Below are positions 36,762 through 46,724 of a DNA stretch of 64,000 bases, piece by piece. Both the position numbers and the translations under genes were made by a program. The notes under the pieces were generated by a model. It saw only the letters and a list, made by a program, of their open reading frames with translations. It did not search any database and was not told where the DNA came from. Source of the DNA: Bacilli bacterium (GTDB lineage Bacteria > Bacillota_I > Bacilli_A > RF39 > UBA660); contig CAAGQJ010000031.1 in NCBI GenBank assembly GCA_900772095.1, positions 14,479 to 78,478 of the forward strand, in the 5' to 3' direction. Within the stretch, counting starts at the first letter, position 1. Each line of letters starts with the position of its first letter.

Positions 36762-37931
36762 ATGAGAACAAATGTTGGCGTCATTTTTGGTGGCAAGAGT
36801 GTTGAACACGAAATAAGTATAATTTCAGCAGTAGAAGCAATGGGTTATCTTGACCCAAATAAGTATCAGGTAATTCCTATATATATTGATAAAGATAATA
36901 ATTGGTGGACTGGAATGCATTTAAAGGATATATTGAATTATCGTGATATAGCATTGGTAAAAAGGTATGCTAAAAAAGTTGCATTAATTAAAGATGGTAA
37001 GAGAATTGTTTTACAATCACTAGGACTATTTAAGAAAGATTTATATGTTATAGATATAGTTATGCCTATTGGACATGGAAGTTTTATGGAAGATGGTTCA
37101 CTTCAAGGTTATTTAAATATGCTTGGTATACCATATACAGGCCCTGGAGTTCTTGGTGCTGCACTTGGTCAAGATAAAGTCTATATGAAAGAGATTTTAG
37201 ATTATAATCATATACCTATAACAAATTATGTATGGTTTGATAATAAAATGTTTGACGTAAATAAAAAGGAAATAATAGAAAAAATATCTAAATTAAAATA
37301 TCCTTTATATGTTAAACCATCGAGTTTAGGTTCTTCGATAGGAATAACTAAAATTGAAACAGAAAGCGCTTTAATTCCAGCGATTAAAAATGCATTTAAG
37401 TATGATAAAAGAGTTTTAGTGGAAGAAGCAATTAAAAATGTAAAAGAGGTAAATATAAGTGTATTAGGAGATAATAATAAACAAGAAGTAAGTGGTATTG
37501 AGGAAATTAATTGTGATGGAGAATTCTATTCTTTTAAAGAAAAGTATGTAGAAAATTATTCTAAGTCAGTAATTAATGCTAGAAAGACAAAACCATTATT
37601 ATCAAAAGAAATGCAAGAAGATTTAAAGAAATATGCTAAAGAAACATTTAGATTATTAAATGCACGTGGAGTAGCTAGAATTGATTTTTTAATAGATGAA
37701 AAAAGCAAGAGTATTTATGTAAATGAAATAAATACTATACCGGGTTCATTATCTGGATATTTATGGCTTGAAAAGAAGAAACCTCAGCAAGAATTGTTAG
37801 ATGATTTAATAAAAATTGCTATGAATACTTATAAAGAAAAGGATGAGTTATCATTAGCTTTACCTGGTAATTTACTTGAAGGTTATGATATATTAAAAGG
37901 TTCTAAATTAAAGAAAAAAAAGAATGAGTAA
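36762..37931 (+). CDS. ddl: D-alanine--D-alanine ligase
   Basis: ATG 36762. VGVIFGGKSVEHEISIISA, ATP-grasp segments (LYVKPSSLGSSIGI, ARIDFLID, VNEINTIPG). Confidence 0.85.
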   Translation: MRTNVGVIFGGKSVEHEISIISAVEAMGYLDPNKYQVIPIYIDKDNNWWTGMHLKDILNYRDIALVKRYAKKVALIKDGKRIVLQSLGLFKKDLYVIDIVMPIGHGSFMEDGSLQGYLNMLGIPYTGPGVLGAALGQDKVYMKEILDYNHIPITNYVWFDNKMFDVNKKEIIEKISKLKYPLYVKPSSLGSSIGITKIETESALIPAIKNAFKYDKRVLVEEAIKNVKEVNISVLGDNNKQEVSGIEEINCDGEFYSFKEKYVENYSKSVINARKTKPLLSKEMQEDLKKYAKETFRLLNARGVARIDFLIDEKSKSIYVNEINTIPGSLSGYLWLEKKKPQQELLDDLIKIAMNTYKEKDELSLALPGNLLEGYDILKGSKLKKKKNE

Positions 37932-37932
37932 G

Positions 37933-38262
37933 TCATTCTTTTAGTTTGATATAATCATTAATTTTTAAATATTTACATGTATTAAGGGGCATTTCAAGAG
38001 TAAAGTGTCCTTTTTTAGAATATAATATTTTATTTTTACTTACGTTTTCTTTTAAAAAGACAATTTTATTATTTTTATCAATCATACATACATCGATGTT
38101 TTGTTTCATGAAAAAAGTATGAATACTATTACATTTATAAAATAGATAGATGTTATTTATTTTGTCTTTTTTAAAACATAAGCCTAATAATTTATCTTTA
38201 AAGGATTTGCATTTAATTATATTAATTTTCTTATTATTAATTTCTATATACATAATTATCAC
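37933..38262 (-). CDS. DUF192-family protein
   Basis: 109 aa. The ..KDKLLGLCF..NSIHTFFMKQNIDVCMIDKNNKIV.. pattern matches DUF192. It is divergent from the Tad operon. Confidence 0.55.
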   Translation of the reverse strand: MIIMYIEINNKKINIIKCKSFKDKLLGLCFKKDKINNIYLFYKCNSIHTFFMKQNIDVCMIDKNNKIVFLKENVSKNKILYSKKGHFTLEMPLNTCKYLKINDYIKLKE

Positions 38263-38375
38263 ATTTTAATTTTAACAAAAATATTAAAAATTTACAAATA
38301 CTAAAATATTATCTATAAATAATTGACAATTCTTTTAAAAAATTATAAAATTATTGTAGGAGAATAGGTGGTTAT

Positions 38376-38567
38376 ATGAAAAGTAATAGAGGTCAAGCTT
38401 TAGTAGAATATGTTCTAATTATAGCATTAGTTGCAGTGGTTGCTATTACTGCGGTTACACTTCTTGGAGGAAGATTAAAAGATAAAATTACTGAGGCATC
38501 ATGTAATATTGTGGGAGAAGAATATGTAAAAGGTGCTAAGGCTGGTGAGGGATATTGCAAAGAATAA
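38376..38567 (+). CDS. flp: Flp-family type IVb prepilin
   Basis: MKSNRG|QALVEYVLIIALVAVVAI matches the G-x4-E-Y Flp motif. 63 aa. Confidence 0.75.
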   Translation: MKSNRGQALVEYVLIIALVAVVAITAVTLLGGRLKDKITEASCNIVGEEYVKGAKAGEGYCKE

Positions 38568-38902
38568 ATAAAAAGGGTCAGGCTTTAGTAGAATTTGTAC
38601 TTATAATTCCTATTTTAATTATGGTATTATGTGCAATTATTGATTTTTCTTTTATTTTCTATAATAAAAATCATTTAGAGGGTGTTTTAAATGATTCAGT
38701 TACTTATGTTTTAAATGGTAAGACAAGTGAGGAAATTAGAAAATTAATAAATGATGATGATGTTAATTTATCAGTAGAATTTGATGGTGATATTGTTAAA
38801 GTAAAGTTAACAAAGAGTATAAAGTTAATTACACCGGTTTCTAGATTATTTATTAATAGTCCATATACTATAGAAACAGAAAGAGCAGTATTTTATGAAT
38901 AA
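38555..38902 (+). CDS. TadE-like pseudopilin
   Basis: TTG 38555. NKKG|QALVEFVLIIPILIMVLCAIIDF (TadE N-terminal pattern). Confidence 0.6.
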   Translation: MQRINKKGQALVEFVLIIPILIMVLCAIIDFSFIFYNKNHLEGVLNDSVTYVLNGKTSEEIRKLINDDDVNLSVEFDGDIVKVKLTKSIKLITPVSRLFINSPYTIETERAVFYE

Positions 38903-39257
38903 TAAAGGTCAAAGTTTATTTTTATTTGTTTTGTTTTTACCTATTATTGTTTTCACACTTATACTCATATTTGATTCGGCCTATATAACAATAAATAATA
39001 ATAAATTAAATAATATTGCTCGTGATGCAGTTAAATATTTAGTAGAAAATAAAAAGAGTAAAGAAGAAGTAGAAAAAATAATATTACTTAACGATAGTGA
39101 TATTGATATAATAGAAATAACAGATTCTAGTGTTCATTTAAAGCATAATATTAAACCTATATTTGGTAAATATATGGGTTATAAAAAGTATGAGCTTGAA
39201 ATTAATTTAGAGGGATACATAGAAAACGGTAAATTAATTACAAAAGAAAAGGGGTAG
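38895..39257 (+). CDS. TadE/TadF-like pseudopilin
   Basis: NNKG|QSLFLFVLFLPIIVFTLILIFDSAY. Same size class, but it lacks the +5 Glu. Confidence 0.5.
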   Translation: MNNKGQSLFLFVLFLPIIVFTLILIFDSAYITINNNKLNNIARDAVKYLVENKKSKEEVEKIILLNDSDIDIIEITDSSVHLKHNIKPIFGKYMGYKKYELEINLEGYIENGKLITKEKG

Positions 39258-39260
39258 AAT

Positions 39261-40031
39261 ATGAAGAAAGGAAAGGGGAAAATAGTTACTGTAACTTCCA
39301 CTAAGGGTGGAGTTGGTAAGACTATTACAACACTTAATTTAGCAGGATGCTACCACAAATTAGGTCTTAAAACTTTAGTTATAGATTTAGACCTTTTTGG
39401 AGGTGCGATTGGGACTTATCTTAATAGTACTAATGATAAAACAATTTTCAATTTGGTACTTGATTTGGCTTACAATAGATATGAATCTCTTGATAATTAT
39501 TTATATCAATACAACTCTAATATCTATATAATATCTGCGCCTAAAGATCCTAGGAGTGCTAGTAAAATAGATGCTAAATATATACCTATTATTTTAAATA
39601 ACGCTGTGTACAGATTTGATGTGGTTTTAATTGACACAACACATCTTTTAGATGAAGTAAATGTTACTGCACTTGATAATTCTGATTCTATTTTATATAT
39701 TTTAACTAATGATATGTTTGATTTAAAGAATACAAAATCATTTATATCAATTATGAAAGATGTTGGTTTTAAGAATTATTATACACTTTTGAATGAATCT
39801 ATTAATCCCGGTAGAAGTTATTTTTCTATGTATGATATTAGAAGTATTATTAAAAATAATATAGATTTTACTGTTTCTAAGAGTATGTATATTAAAAATA
39901 TAGATAAATATATTATGGATGGAGAAATACTTATTTTAAATAATAAGCTTTCTTTTAAAGATAAAAAAGATTTAAATAAGTATATTGAAATATCTAAAAA
40001 ATTAATTGAAGAAAAGGGGGATAAGAAATGA
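39261..40031 (+). CDS. tadZ: TadZ/CpaE-like ParA/MinD-family ATPase
   Basis: Deviant Walker A VTSTKGGVGKTITTLNLAG. No N-terminal receiver-like domain. Confidence 0.7.
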   Translation: MKKGKGKIVTVTSTKGGVGKTITTLNLAGCYHKLGLKTLVIDLDLFGGAIGTYLNSTNDKTIFNLVLDLAYNRYESLDNYLYQYNSNIYIISAPKDPRSASKIDAKYIPIILNNAVYRFDVVLIDTTHLLDEVNVTALDNSDSILYILTNDMFDLKNTKSFISIMKDVGFKNYYTLLNESINPGRSYFSMYDIRSIIKNNIDFTVSKSMYIKNIDKYIMDGEILILNNKLSFKDKKDLNKYIEISKKLIEEKGDKK

Positions 40032-41365
40032 GAAAAACACTAGCAGAAGCCTTTTCTTTTGATGATAGAAAGTTTAAGAGTGTAAATACTAATGAGAATT
40101 ATGGGATTTTTAAAGATAAGCAATTGCTTGATACTTTAAGAAATAATATAATAGAAAATTTAATAGATAATAATATTCCTACTGATAAGTATTTAAAAGA
40201 GTATATTAATGAAGAGATAGATAAAACTCTTACTGGGTACGATTTATCTAATTTAGAGCGTAATCATATTTTTAATTTAATAGATAATGAAATAAATGGT
40301 TATGGTCCAATTACTGAACTTTTGGAGGATAGAAATATTACTGAAATAATGGTAAATGGTCCGGATGATATATATGTAGAAATAGATGGCCAAGTAGTTA
40401 AAGATACTTCGGTATCATTTATTAATAATGAACATATTATAAGAACAATACAAAGAATGATTCAACCACTTGGAAGAACAATAGATATATCTACTCCTAT
40501 GGTTGATTCTAGATTAAAAGATGGTTCGAGAATAAATGCAATTATTCCACCACTTTCATTAAAAGGTCCAGTTTTAACTATTCGTAAGTTTAAAGATAAT
40601 TTAAATACTATAGATGATTTGATTAGAAATGGTACTCTTACTCCATATATGGCAAGATTTTTGGAGGCATGTGTAAAAGCAAAATTAAATATTTTAATAT
40701 GTGGGGGAACTGGTTCTGGTAAAACAACAGTTTTAAATGTTTTGTCTTCATTCATTGATAGTGATGAAAGAATTATAACAATTGAAGATGCTGCGGAGCT
40801 TCATTTGAGACAAAATCATGTAATTAGTCTAGAAACTAGAAATATGAACTATGAAAAAGAAGGGGAAATAACTATTCGTGATTTAGTAAGAAATTCTCTT
40901 CGTATGAGACCAGACCGTATTATAGTTGGAGAAGTCCGTGGTAAAGAGGCATTTGATATGCTTCAAGCAATGAATACCGGACATGATGGCTCTTTATCAA
41001 CGCTTCATGCAAATGGAACATTAGATGCTTTAAATAGGCTGGAAACAATGGTATTAATGAGTGGTATTGAAATACCGATAAGTGCTATTAGAGAGTATAT
41101 TGAAAAAGCTATTAATATAGTTATATATATTGAAAGATTATCTGATGGAAAAAGAAAGATAACTTCTATTTGTGAAGTTTCGGGTTTAAAAGATGGAGAA
41201 ATTAAATTAAGAGAAATCTTTGCATTTAAACAAAAGGGTTTAACTTCAAATGGTGAAGTAGATGGTGCTTTTGTGTTATATAAATATATACCTAAAGTAT
41301 ATGCAAAAATTAAAAGCAAAGGTATTACAAGTATAGATGATATATTTGAAAATTTAAGAAAGTAA
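40028..41365 (+). CDS. tadA: TadA/CpaF secretion ATPase
   Basis: Walker [18 protein letters not shown], Walker B/Asp box [12 protein letters not shown], and His box [13 protein letters not shown]. Confidence 0.9.
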   Translation: MRKTLAEAFSFDDRKFKSVNTNENYGIFKDKQLLDTLRNNIIENLIDNNIPTDKYLKEYINEEIDKTLTGYDLSNLERNHIFNLIDNEINGYGPITELLEDRNITEIMVNGPDDIYVEIDGQVVKDTSVSFINNEHIIRTIQRMIQPLGRTIDISTPMVDSRLKDGSRINAIIPPLSLKGPVLTIRKFKDNLNTIDDLIRNGTLTPYMARFLEACVKAKLNILICGGTGSGKTTVLNVLSSFIDSDERIITIEDAAELHLRQNHVISLETRNMNYEKEGEITIRDLVRNSLRMRPDRIIVGEVRGKEAFDMLQAMNTGHDGSLSTLHANGTLDALNRLETMVLMSGIEIPISAIREYIEKAINIVIYIERLSDGKRKITSICEVSGLKDGEIKLREIFAFKQKGLTSNGEVDGAFVLYKYIPKVYAKIKSKGITSIDDIFENLRK

Positions 41366-41383
41366 AAATAAGAAGGTGATGAT

Positions 41384-42379
41384 ATGAATTATTTAAGTGT
41401 TACTATTCAAATAATAATGATAATTATTTTAGTTGTTATCACCTTCTTGTTATATCGTTTTTCTCTTGCAAGTAGTAAGGAAAAAAGAATTAATCGTTTT
41501 GCTATAGAGGCTTTAAGTGAAAAGCAAGTATCTATAATTGATAGATTAGAACAATTAATGGATAAAATAATAAGAGCAATGTCTAAGTATTTAGAGGAAC
41601 ATAAAATATTTAAACGCTATCATAAAAAATTTGAAAAATACTTAGGGTTAACTGATAAAGATAGAACTAGTTATGATTATATATCAATTAAAATATTAAT
41701 AAGCATTTTTACTAGTGTATTAACTATTGTATCTGATGCACTTAGGTTTAAAAGTGTTTCATTTTTTCAAGTTTTTGGTTCTTTTTTACTAGGATTTTTT
41801 GCTTTAGATGTTATTCTTATAGTTAGACAAAGAAAATTAAAGAAGGATACTAGTAATGATTTATTAAAAGCAGTTATTATAATGAATAATGCTTTTAAAT
41901 CTGGAAGAAGTATTATGCAAGCAATTGAACTTGTTTCTACTGAATTAGATGGTGCAATTGCAAATGAATTTAGAAAAATATATATAGATTTAAGCTATGG
42001 TTTAGACTTAGAAGTAGTATTTGAACGTTTTTCTAAGAGATTACCATACCAAGAAGTAGAATATATGGCTTCATCATTAATAATATTAAATAAAACAGGT
42101 GGTAATGTAGTAAAAGTATTTTCTTCAATTGAAAGAAGTCTTATTGAAAGAAAACGATTAAATGATGAATTAAATTCTGCTCTTGCTATGTCAAATTTTG
42201 TATTTAAAGTATTAGCAATTATGCCATTTTTTATATTTATAGTTATTTATTTATTTAATAATAGTTATTTTAAGCCATTATTTAGTAATGTTTATGGGAA
42301 AATAATAATAATAGTTATATTATTACTTTATATATTATATATCTTTATAGTTAAGAAGATAACAAAATTGAAAGAGTGA
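41384..42379 (+). CDS. tadB: TadB-like platform protein (T2SS F-domain)
   Basis: Polytopic protein in the expected size and position after tadA, with a T2SF-like helical cytoplasmic domain. Confidence 0.7.
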   Translation: MNYLSVTIQIIMIIILVVITFLLYRFSLASSKEKRINRFAIEALSEKQVSIIDRLEQLMDKIIRAMSKYLEEHKIFKRYHKKFEKYLGLTDKDRTSYDYISIKILISIFTSVLTIVSDALRFKSVSFFQVFGSFLLGFFALDVILIVRQRKLKKDTSNDLLKAVIIMNNAFKSGRSIMQAIELVSTELDGAIANEFRKIYIDLSYGLDLEVVFERFSKRLPYQEVEYMASSLIILNKTGGNVVKVFSSIERSLIERKRLNDELNSALAMSNFVFKVLAIMPFFIFIVIYLFNNSYFKPLFSNVYGKIIIIVILLLYILYIFIVKKITKLKE

Positions 42380-42383
42380 TACT

Positions 42384-43088
42384 ATGGAAAAGAAGAAATT
42401 TGATTTGAGTTCTAAAATTTATAGTACAAATAGCATTAAAAGAGTAGAAAAAAAGATTAAATTACTTGGAGTAACTAATACTTATAGTGCTGGTAATTTA
42501 CTAAATATTAGATTACTTACTTCAATTATTATGTTTTTTGTGTTATTATATTTTTTGAACCTTGGCTATATAGTCGCACCAATAGTAACTTTTATCTATT
42601 ATGTTAGTTTTTTCCCACTATTAATAGGCACTAAAATCAAGAAAAGGGAAAAACGTTTGGAAAAAGATTCTTTATATTTCTTTGAAATACTTGCTTTATC
42701 ACTTGAAGCAGGTAGGAGTATAAAGACTGCTATTGAAGTTACTACTGCCAATGTAAATTCAGAACTGTCTTTAGAGTTTGAAAAGCTTTTAAAAGATATG
42801 ATGTTTGGCAAAAGTTTAGATGAAGCTTTAGATGATTTAAATAGTAGAATACCATCTGATGCTATTAATAATATTATTCTAAATATAAGACAATCTAATA
42901 TATTTGGTAATAATATTTTAGAAACAGTATATAGTGAAGTTGAGTATATAAGAGAAAAGAGAATACTAGATGCTAAAGCACAAATAAGTAAGATGCCAGT
43001 TAAAATAAGTGTAGTATCAGTAATATTTTTTATACCATTATTACTATTATTATTACTTGGTCCAATTATTATAGAATTATTAGGTTAG
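42384..43088 (+). CDS. tadC: TadC-like platform protein (T2SS F-domain)
   Basis: Second F-domain membrane protein directly after tadB. Confidence 0.65.
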   Translation: MEKKKFDLSSKIYSTNSIKRVEKKIKLLGVTNTYSAGNLLNIRLLTSIIMFFVLLYFLNLGYIVAPIVTFIYYVSFFPLLIGTKIKKREKRLEKDSLYFFEILALSLEAGRSIKTAIEVTTANVNSELSLEFEKLLKDMMFGKSLDEALDDLNSRIPSDAINNIILNIRQSNIFGNNILETVYSEVEYIREKRILDAKAQISKMPVKISVVSVIFFIPLLLLLLLGPIIIELLG

Positions 43089-43098
43089 GAGGGTTAAT

Positions 43099-43818
43099 AT
43101 GAGTGGACATTCAAAATGGGCAACAATTAAAAGAAAGAAAGGTGCAATTGATGCTGAAAGAAGTAAAATATTTCAAAAGTTAAATAAAGAAATATATGTA
43201 GCAGCAAAAAGTGGAGATAAGTCATTAGAGAATAATCCTACACTTCGTATGGTTGTAGAAAAAGCTAAGGCACAAAATATGCCAAAAGATAGAATACAGG
43301 CTGCTATTGATAAAGCACACAATAGTAGTGCTAATGAGAACTATGAATTTGTAAGATATGAAGGTTATGCAAGTGGTGGAGTTGCAATTATGGTTGATGC
43401 TTTAACTGATAATAAAAATAGAACAGCAAGTGATGTAAGAAGTACTTTTACTAAGCGTGGTGGTAACTTGGGTACTGATGGTTCAGTAAGTTATTTATTT
43501 GAAAGAAAAGGAATAATTATTGTACCTAATACTTATGATGAAGATACTCTAATGAATATTGCGCTTCTTAATGATGCATTAGATTTTGTAGTAAGTGATG
43601 ATGCATATGAAATTTATACTACATTTGAAAACTTTATTAATATGAATAAAGCTTTAGAAGAAAATGGTATAACAGAGTTTATTATGAATGAAACAAGATA
43701 TATACCTACAAATTATATAAGTTTAGATGATGAGAAAAAAGAAAAAGTATATAATTTAATTGACACTTTAGAAGATTTAGATGATGTTCAAAATGTATAT
43801 CATAATATGGAGGAATAA
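43099..43818 (+). CDS. yebC: YebC/PmpR-family regulator
   Basis: MSGHSKWATIKRKKGAIDAERSKIFQKL is the canonical N-terminus. Confidence 0.9.
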   Translation: MSGHSKWATIKRKKGAIDAERSKIFQKLNKEIYVAAKSGDKSLENNPTLRMVVEKAKAQNMPKDRIQAAIDKAHNSSANENYEFVRYEGYASGGVAIMVDALTDNKNRTASDVRSTFTKRGGNLGTDGSVSYLFERKGIIIVPNTYDEDTLMNIALLNDALDFVVSDDAYEIYTTFENFINMNKALEENGITEFIMNETRYIPTNYISLDDEKKEKVYNLIDTLEDLDDVQNVYHNMEE

Positions 43819-44385
43819 ATGTTTAGTAGAGAAAAATTTCTAACACATGTTTTAGGAGAAAATGCTCTTAAAGCGATAGAAAAGTCATTAGAGTTAATTG
43901 ATGTAAAAGATTGGAGTATTTATAATGTAAGTGATTACTTAAAAGGTAGTCCTTCTGGAAATTTTATATTAAATGATGAGGTATCACTTCACTTTGAACG
44001 TAATTTAACACGTACAGATGATAATGGTTTTTATATGCAAATGGATTTTCCTAATGGTATTATAAATATGTATTTTAGAAATGGTCAGGATTTGCATTTT
44101 TATGAATATAAGGAATTATTATTGAGCGAAGGTTTATTGCACTTTGAGTATTATAAAGGAAATAGATTAACAGAATATTATGATAAAAAAACTTGTGATT
44201 TGGGTAATATAACTGAAAAATCTAATTTAGATGTTTTAAAAGATGAGGGTTTTTCTCCAGATTATGCTGAATGTAAAAATAGGGTTTTAGGTAAATATAA
44301 ATTAGAACCATTCTTAGAACAATTAAATAATTTAAAAACATTAAGACAAAGTATAAATGTGCCCCCAAGTAAAGGAAGAAAATAA
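43819..44385 (+). CDS. hypothetical protein wedged between yebC and tcdA
   Basis: 188 aa. The start abuts the yebC stop and the stop overlaps the tcdA start. I recognise no motif. Confidence 0.45.
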   Translation: MFSREKFLTHVLGENALKAIEKSLELIDVKDWSIYNVSDYLKGSPSGNFILNDEVSLHFERNLTRTDDNGFYMQMDFPNGIINMYFRNGQDLHFYEYKELLLSEGLLHFEYYKGNRLTEYYDKKTCDLGNITEKSNLDVLKDEGFSPDYAECKNRVLGKYKLEPFLEQLNNLKTLRQSINVPPSKGRK

Positions 44386-45065
44386 TGCAATTTGAGCGTT
44401 TTAAAGCTTTGGTAGGGGAAGAGGGTTTTAGTAAAATACAAAGTAAAAAAATATTAATAATTGGTTTAGGTGGCGTTGGTTCTTATGTAACTGAAGCTTT
44501 AATAAGAAGCGGTATTATTAATATAACTATTGTGGATTATGATATAATTGATATTACTAATTTAAATAGGCAAATAATGACCAATTTAAATAATATAGGC
44601 AATAAAAAAGTAGATGAAATAGAAAAAAGAATACTTGGTATTAATGAGGATGTTAAAGTAACTAAAATAGATAAATTTATTGATAGTTCTAATATAGATA
44701 TTATAACTAATAATTATGATTATGTAATTGATTGTTGTGATAGTATTAATACTAAAAAAGATATTATTAAAACTTGTTTGGATAAAAAAATTAAATTTAT
44801 TACTTCAATGGGAACTGCTAAAAAAATGGACCCTTCTAAATTAGAAATAATAGATTTAAGAAAGACTAGTTATGACCCTTTAGCAAAAAAATTAAGAAAG
44901 TGGGTTAATGATAATAATATAAAAGGAAAGATAGTAACAGTGTGTTCGACTGAAGTACCGAAAAAAACAAGTAATGATGTTTTGGGTAGTACTTCGTTTG
45001 TACCATCAAGTGCAGGACTTTTAATTGCTAGTTATATTATTAATGATATTATAAAAAGTATGTAG
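44385..45065 (+). CDS. tcdA: tRNA threonylcarbamoyladenosine dehydratase (ThiF/MoeB-like)
   Basis: ILIIGLGGVGSYVTEALIRSGI..ITIVDYDIIDITNLNRQ. Confidence 0.75.
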   Translation: MQFERFKALVGEEGFSKIQSKKILIIGLGGVGSYVTEALIRSGIINITIVDYDIIDITNLNRQIMTNLNNIGNKKVDEIEKRILGINEDVKVTKIDKFIDSSNIDIITNNYDYVIDCCDSINTKKDIIKTCLDKKIKFITSMGTAKKMDPSKLEIIDLRKTSYDPLAKKLRKWVNDNNIKGKIVTVCSTEVPKKTSNDVLGSTSFVPSSAGLLIASYIINDIIKSM

Positions 45066-45077
45066 GTGATATATTTG

Positions 45078-45101
45078 GTACTTGAAAAAGTACTTTTTTT
45101 T
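45078..45101 (+). terminator. rho-independent terminator after tcdA
   Basis: GTACTT / AAGTAC hairpin plus T8. Confidence 0.6.
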
Positions 45102-45358
45102 ATTATTTAATAATTAATTTATAGAAATAATTATAATGATATGGTATAATATGCAACTTGATGCAATATGGGTAGTTTTTGGTGGAATAAAGATAAACCC
45201 TAAAGGTGGTAAAGTAATTTGCATTACGCCAGAACAATTAGATAGATTATATTCATATGAAATTGGAAGTAAAACTAAAGGTAAATCAAGATAATTAATA
45301 TTTGGAAAGATAGAAGTAATTATATATACTAATAAATTTTAATATAAAAGAATAAGAC

Positions 45359-46585
45359 TTAATTAATCTTATTCTTTTTGTAATTGTTTATTTTTTCATA
45401 TATATCTTTTAATGATTTTTCATATTTTGATGTTTCTTTGGGGATATAGTATTTTTCATTTATTAGACCACTTGGTAGGTATGTTTGATTAACTATAGAA
45501 CCTTTATAGTTATGGGGATAGAGGTAACCGTTATAGGGGCTTTTTAGATAACTTGGCATTTCTCCAATGGATTTAGTGTTTATATCATTTATTGCTTTAT
45601 CTATTGCTAAGTATGCGGTATTAGATTTTGGTGATAGTGCCATTTCTATTACAATATTAGAGAGTATTATTCTAGCTTCTGGTAATCCAACTCTTTCACT
45701 AGCGTTTATAGCACTGTTAAGTTTTGGTCCAAGAGTAGGGTTAGCTAGTCCAATATCTTCATAACATATTACTGATAATCTTCTGTAAATACTATCTAAA
45801 TCTTCTGCTAGTAGTAGTCTAGCTAAGTAGTGAAGTGAAGCATCGACATCGCTTCCTCTTATTGATTTTTGAAGTCCACTTAATACATCATAATGACCAT
45901 CTTCATTTTTATCAATAAAGAAACTTGGTTTATTGCTTATTTGTTTTATAATATCTATATCTACAATATGTTCTTTGTTAAAATAATAAGATACTTCTAG
46001 TAAATTATAGGCATATCTTAAATCTGATTTTGATGTAGCTGCTATAAATTTTAATGTTTTATTATCTATTTTAATGTCTTTTATGTCTTCATGTTTAATG
46101 GCTTTTTTTAAGCCTTTTAATATATCATTTTCATTTAATGGTTCAAGTTTAAATATTTGACATCTACTTCTTATAGCAGGATTAATTCTATGATAGGGAT
46201 TACTTGTAGTAAGTCCAATTAAAGTAATTAAACCACTTTCTAAGCATGGTAATAGTATATCTTGTTTATCTTTGTTTAATCTATGTATTTCATCTAATAC
46301 TAAAATCATACCACCATATATTTTTGCTTCTTCTATTACGGTGTCTAAATCTTTTTTATTGTTAATGGTGGCATTTAAAAAGCGATAATCGCATCCTAAG
46401 TCATTAACAATGGCATTAGCAATGGAGGTTTTTCCTATGCCTGGTTCTCCATAAAGTATAATGGAAAACATTTTTTTATTTTTAACTAGATTACTAATTA
46501 TTTTGTTATTACCAATTAAGTGTTCTTGTCCTAGTACATCTTTTAATGTTTTAGGTGCAAGTTTAAGTGCTAGTGGTTTATCCAT
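45359..46585 (-). CDS. rarA: replication-associated recombination protein A (AAA+ MgsA/RarA)
   Basis: The start is set at ATG 46585 (MDKPLALKLAPKTLKDVLGQEHL). Walker A GEPGIGKTS, Walker B LVLDEIHR, and a C-terminal MgsA domain. Confidence 0.85.
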   Translation of the reverse strand: MDKPLALKLAPKTLKDVLGQEHLIGNNKIISNLVKNKKMFSIILYGEPGIGKTSIANAIVNDLGCDYRFLNATINNKKDLDTVIEEAKIYGGMILVLDEIHRLNKDKQDILLPCLESGLITLIGLTTSNPYHRINPAIRSRCQIFKLEPLNENDILKGLKKAIKHEDIKDIKIDNKTLKFIAATSKSDLRYAYNLLEVSYYFNKEHIVDIDIIKQISNKPSFFIDKNEDGHYDVLSGLQKSIRGSDVDASLHYLARLLLAEDLDSIYRRLSVICYEDIGLANPTLGPKLNSAINASERVGLPEARIILSNIVIEMALSPKSNTAYLAIDKAINDINTKSIGEMPSYLKSPYNGYLYPHNYKGSIVNQTYLPSGLINEKYYIPKETSKYEKSLKDIYEKINNYKKNKIN

Positions 46586-46724
46586 ATATATCACATCCAT
46601 CATTATTATATCATGTATAATGTTGAGCATAAAGATTTCTAGTTTAAAATTTTAATTTCTTTAGGTTTTTTGTTATTATAAAAATATCTATATTAAGTTT
46701 AAACTTTTAAAAAAGACCTGAGTC

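Noticed and set aside
45102-45358. A 47-codon ORF (45151-45294, MQLDAIWVVFGGIKINPKGGKVICITPEQL..) and a TGgTATAAT element, located between the convergent tcdA and rarA terminators.
   Set aside because: The ATG directly abuts the -10 element, so a transcript from that promoter would start downstream of it, and there is no RBS. I cannot support a CDS. An sRNA is possible but cannot be shown from sequence alone.
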